This document shows positions 62,168-64,000 of a DNA stretch of 64,000 bases, in pieces. The first letter of the stretch is position 1. Every line of letters begins with the position of its first letter. The stretch lies in assembly GCA_963814375.1 (NCBI GenBank), contig CAWFCQ010000004.1, forward strand, positions 1 through 64,000. Direction: 5' to 3'. Source of the stretch: an uncultured Chloroflexia bacterium (GTDB lineage: Bacteria; Chloroflexota; Limnocylindria; QHBO01). The notes under the pieces were generated by a model. It saw nothing but the letters and a program-made list of their open reading frames with translations. It searched no databases and was not told the DNA's origin. The translations under genes were made by a program, and so were the position numbers.

Positions 62168-63142
62168 GTGAAGAACGTCCAGCAGCCCGCCGAGCGCGTC
62201 GTCGCCAGCGTCGAGCGCGTCATCGTCGGGAAGCACTCCGAGGTGCGCATGGCGCTCGTGGCGCTGCTGTGCGAGGGCCACATCCTGATCGAGGACGTTC
62301 CCGGCGTCGGCAAGACGATGCTGGCGAAGGCGATGAGCCAGAGCATCGGATGCAGCTTCCGCCGCATCCAGTTCACTCCCGACCTGCTGCCGTCCGACGT
62401 GACCGGCCTGTCGATCTTCAACCAGAAGACCCACGAGTTCGAGTTCCGGCCCGGGCCGATCATGGCCCAGGTCGTCCTCGCCGACGAGATCAACCGCGCC
62501 ACGCCGAAGACGCAGAGCGCGCTTCTCGAGTGCATGGAGGAGCGCCAGGCCACGATCGACGGCGTGACCTATCCGATGCCGGCGCCGTTCCTCGTGATCG
62601 CCACCCAGAACCCGATCGAGTACGAAGGCACCTTCGCCCTTCCGGAGGCGCAGCTCGATCGCTTCATGCTCCGGCTCCGTCTCGGCTACCCGAAGGCGAT
62701 GGAGGAGATCGTCATCCTCGATGAGCAGAAGCGCCGCCACCCGCTCGGGGAGGTCACCCAGGTCCTCGGTCTCGAGGAGCTGCGCGAGATGCAGTCCGCC
62801 ATCAAGGAGGTGTACGTCGACCAGGCCGTGGCCGAGTACATCGTCCGGCTCGTCCACGCCACGCGCGACCATCCCGACGTATACCTCGGCGCGTCGCCCC
62901 GCGGCTCACTGAACCTGTACCGCTCGGGCCAGGCCTATGCGGCCCTGGCGGGCAGGGACTACGTCATCCCCGATGACGTGAAGCACCTGGCGGTGGCCGT
63001 CCTGGCCCACCGCCTCATCGTGAAGAGCCAGGCATCGCTGCGCGAGGTCGACCCGGAGCAGATCGTCCGCGAGATCCTGGCATCGGTGCCGGTCGCGGAG
63101 GCCGCGGCCGCGGCGGAGACGAATCGCGCCGAGATCTCCTGA
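62168..63142 (+). CDS. moxR: MoxR family AAA+ ATPase
   Basis: [56 protein letters not shown]. Confidence 0.93.
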   Translation: MKNVQQPAERVVASVERVIVGKHSEVRMALVALLCEGHILIEDVPGVGKTMLAKAMSQSIGCSFRRIQFTPDLLPSDVTGLSIFNQKTHEFEFRPGPIMAQVVLADEINRATPKTQSALLECMEERQATIDGVTYPMPAPFLVIATQNPIEYEGTFALPEAQLDRFMLRLRLGYPKAMEEIVILDEQKRRHPLGEVTQVLGLEELREMQSAIKEVYVDQAVAEYIVRLVHATRDHPDVYLGASPRGSLNLYRSGQAYAALAGRDYVIPDDVKHLAVAVLAHRLIVKSQASLREVDPEQIVREILASVPVAEAAAAAETNRAEIS

Positions 63143-63148
63143 CCCTCG

Positions 63149-64000
63149 ATGGCCATCTTCGGCAAGCACCTCCGTCTCCTCTTTCTCGGTACCGCGCTGG
63201 TCGTCGCCGCCTTCAGCACGGGGCTCAGCTTTCTCTTCTTCCTCGTCTACCTGAGCGCGGGCATCCTCATCGGCGCCTGGCTCTACGCCCGCCGCGGGCT
63301 GCGCGGCGTGCGCGCCGACTACCGGGTCCTCAACCCGCGAACGCACGTCGGTGAGGTGCTCCAGGCGATGTACCGCGTGGAGAACCACGATCGCCTTGGC
63401 AAGGTCTGGGTCGAGCTGTCGAACGAGTCGACGCTGCCGACGAGCCTCCCCGGGCGAGTCGTCGGCATTCCGGCGCGTGGGACGCGGCAGTGGCTGGCGA
63501 AGGTGACGCTGACACGGCGCGGCAGCTACCGCTTCGGCGCGCTCCGGGTTCGGACCGGCGATCCGTTCGGGCTGTTCACGAGCGAGATGATGGTCGGCCA
63601 GCCGACCAGCGTGGTCGTCTTCCCCGAAGTCGTCCCGCTGCCGCACTGGCGCCTCCCGCCTTCGCCGATCGACGGCACGACTCGCGTGCGACGCCGCTAC
63701 GAGGCCGCCACGCCATTGGTGAGCGGCGTGCGGCCCTACGTCTACGGCGACGCCATCAACCGCATTCACTGGCTGTCGAGCGCACGCCACGATGAGCTCC
63801 ACGTCAAGGAGTTCGACCTCGAGCAGGCCGCGGACCTGTGGATCGCGCTGGATCTCGATCGTGCCGTCCACGCCGGCATCGGGACCGATGCGTCGGTGGA
63901 GGCGGCGGTGACCATTGCCGCGTCGGTGGCCATGCGCACCCTCGCCGACAACCGCTCGGTCGCGATGACCGCGTCCGCTCGACGGATGCAGGTTCATCAG
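63149..64000 (+). CDS. DUF58 domain protein (3'-truncated by the window edge)
   Basis: N-terminal TM, RRGSYRFG..GDPFGL, VRPYVYGD..RIHWLSSAR..VKEFD; follows moxR; my own translation, as it is absent from the ORF track because it has no stop. Confidence 0.85.
   Translation, partial: MAIFGKHLRLLFLGTALVVAAFSTGLSFLFFLVYLSAGILIGAWLYARRGLRGVRADYRVLNPRTHVGEVLQAMYRVENHDRLGKVWVELSNESTLPTSLPGRVVGIPARGTRQWLAKVTLTRRGSYRFGALRVRTGDPFGLFTSEMMVGQPTSVVVFPEVVPLPHWRLPPSPIDGTTRVRRRYEAATPLVSGVRPYVYGDAINRIHWLSSARHDELHVKEFDLEQAADLWIALDLDRAVHAGIGTDASVEAAVTIAASVAMRTLADNRSVAMTASARRMQVHQ

Overview
The window appears to join two unrelated genomes at about position 8880. Positions 1-8880 look like a diderm Acidobacteriota/Vicinamibacterales-type region: a diheme cytochrome c, two large TonB-dependent receptor-like genes, a receiver-only response regulator and a truncated sensor gene. 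Positions 8880-64000 look like core chromosome of a high-GC monoderm bacterium, most likely Chloroflexota (inference from gene content, not from a database search). This second part holds ggt, vapBC, lipAB, a GGDEF/HD-GYP gene, kynU, a branched-chain 2-oxoacid dehydrogenase operon, a cyanophycin locus, an M16 peptidase pair, tRNA-Lys and tRNA-Leu, tig-clpP-clpX, T-box-valS, a zinc-ribbon/ParA cluster, fhaA-fhaB-rodA-pbpA and moxR-DUF58. The best candidate for an undescribed system is the cyanophycin locus. There cphB-cphA converges on a second CphA paralogue that keeps the N-terminal signature and the whole Mur-ligase (M) domain but lacks the ATP-grasp (G) domain, and this paralogue shares a 22-bp bidirectional promoter with an M20 peptidase. 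Many genes have leaderless promoter architecture. About ten single-base indels, mostly in short homopolymers, are probably sequencing errors. No CRISPR array, integrase or transposase was seen.
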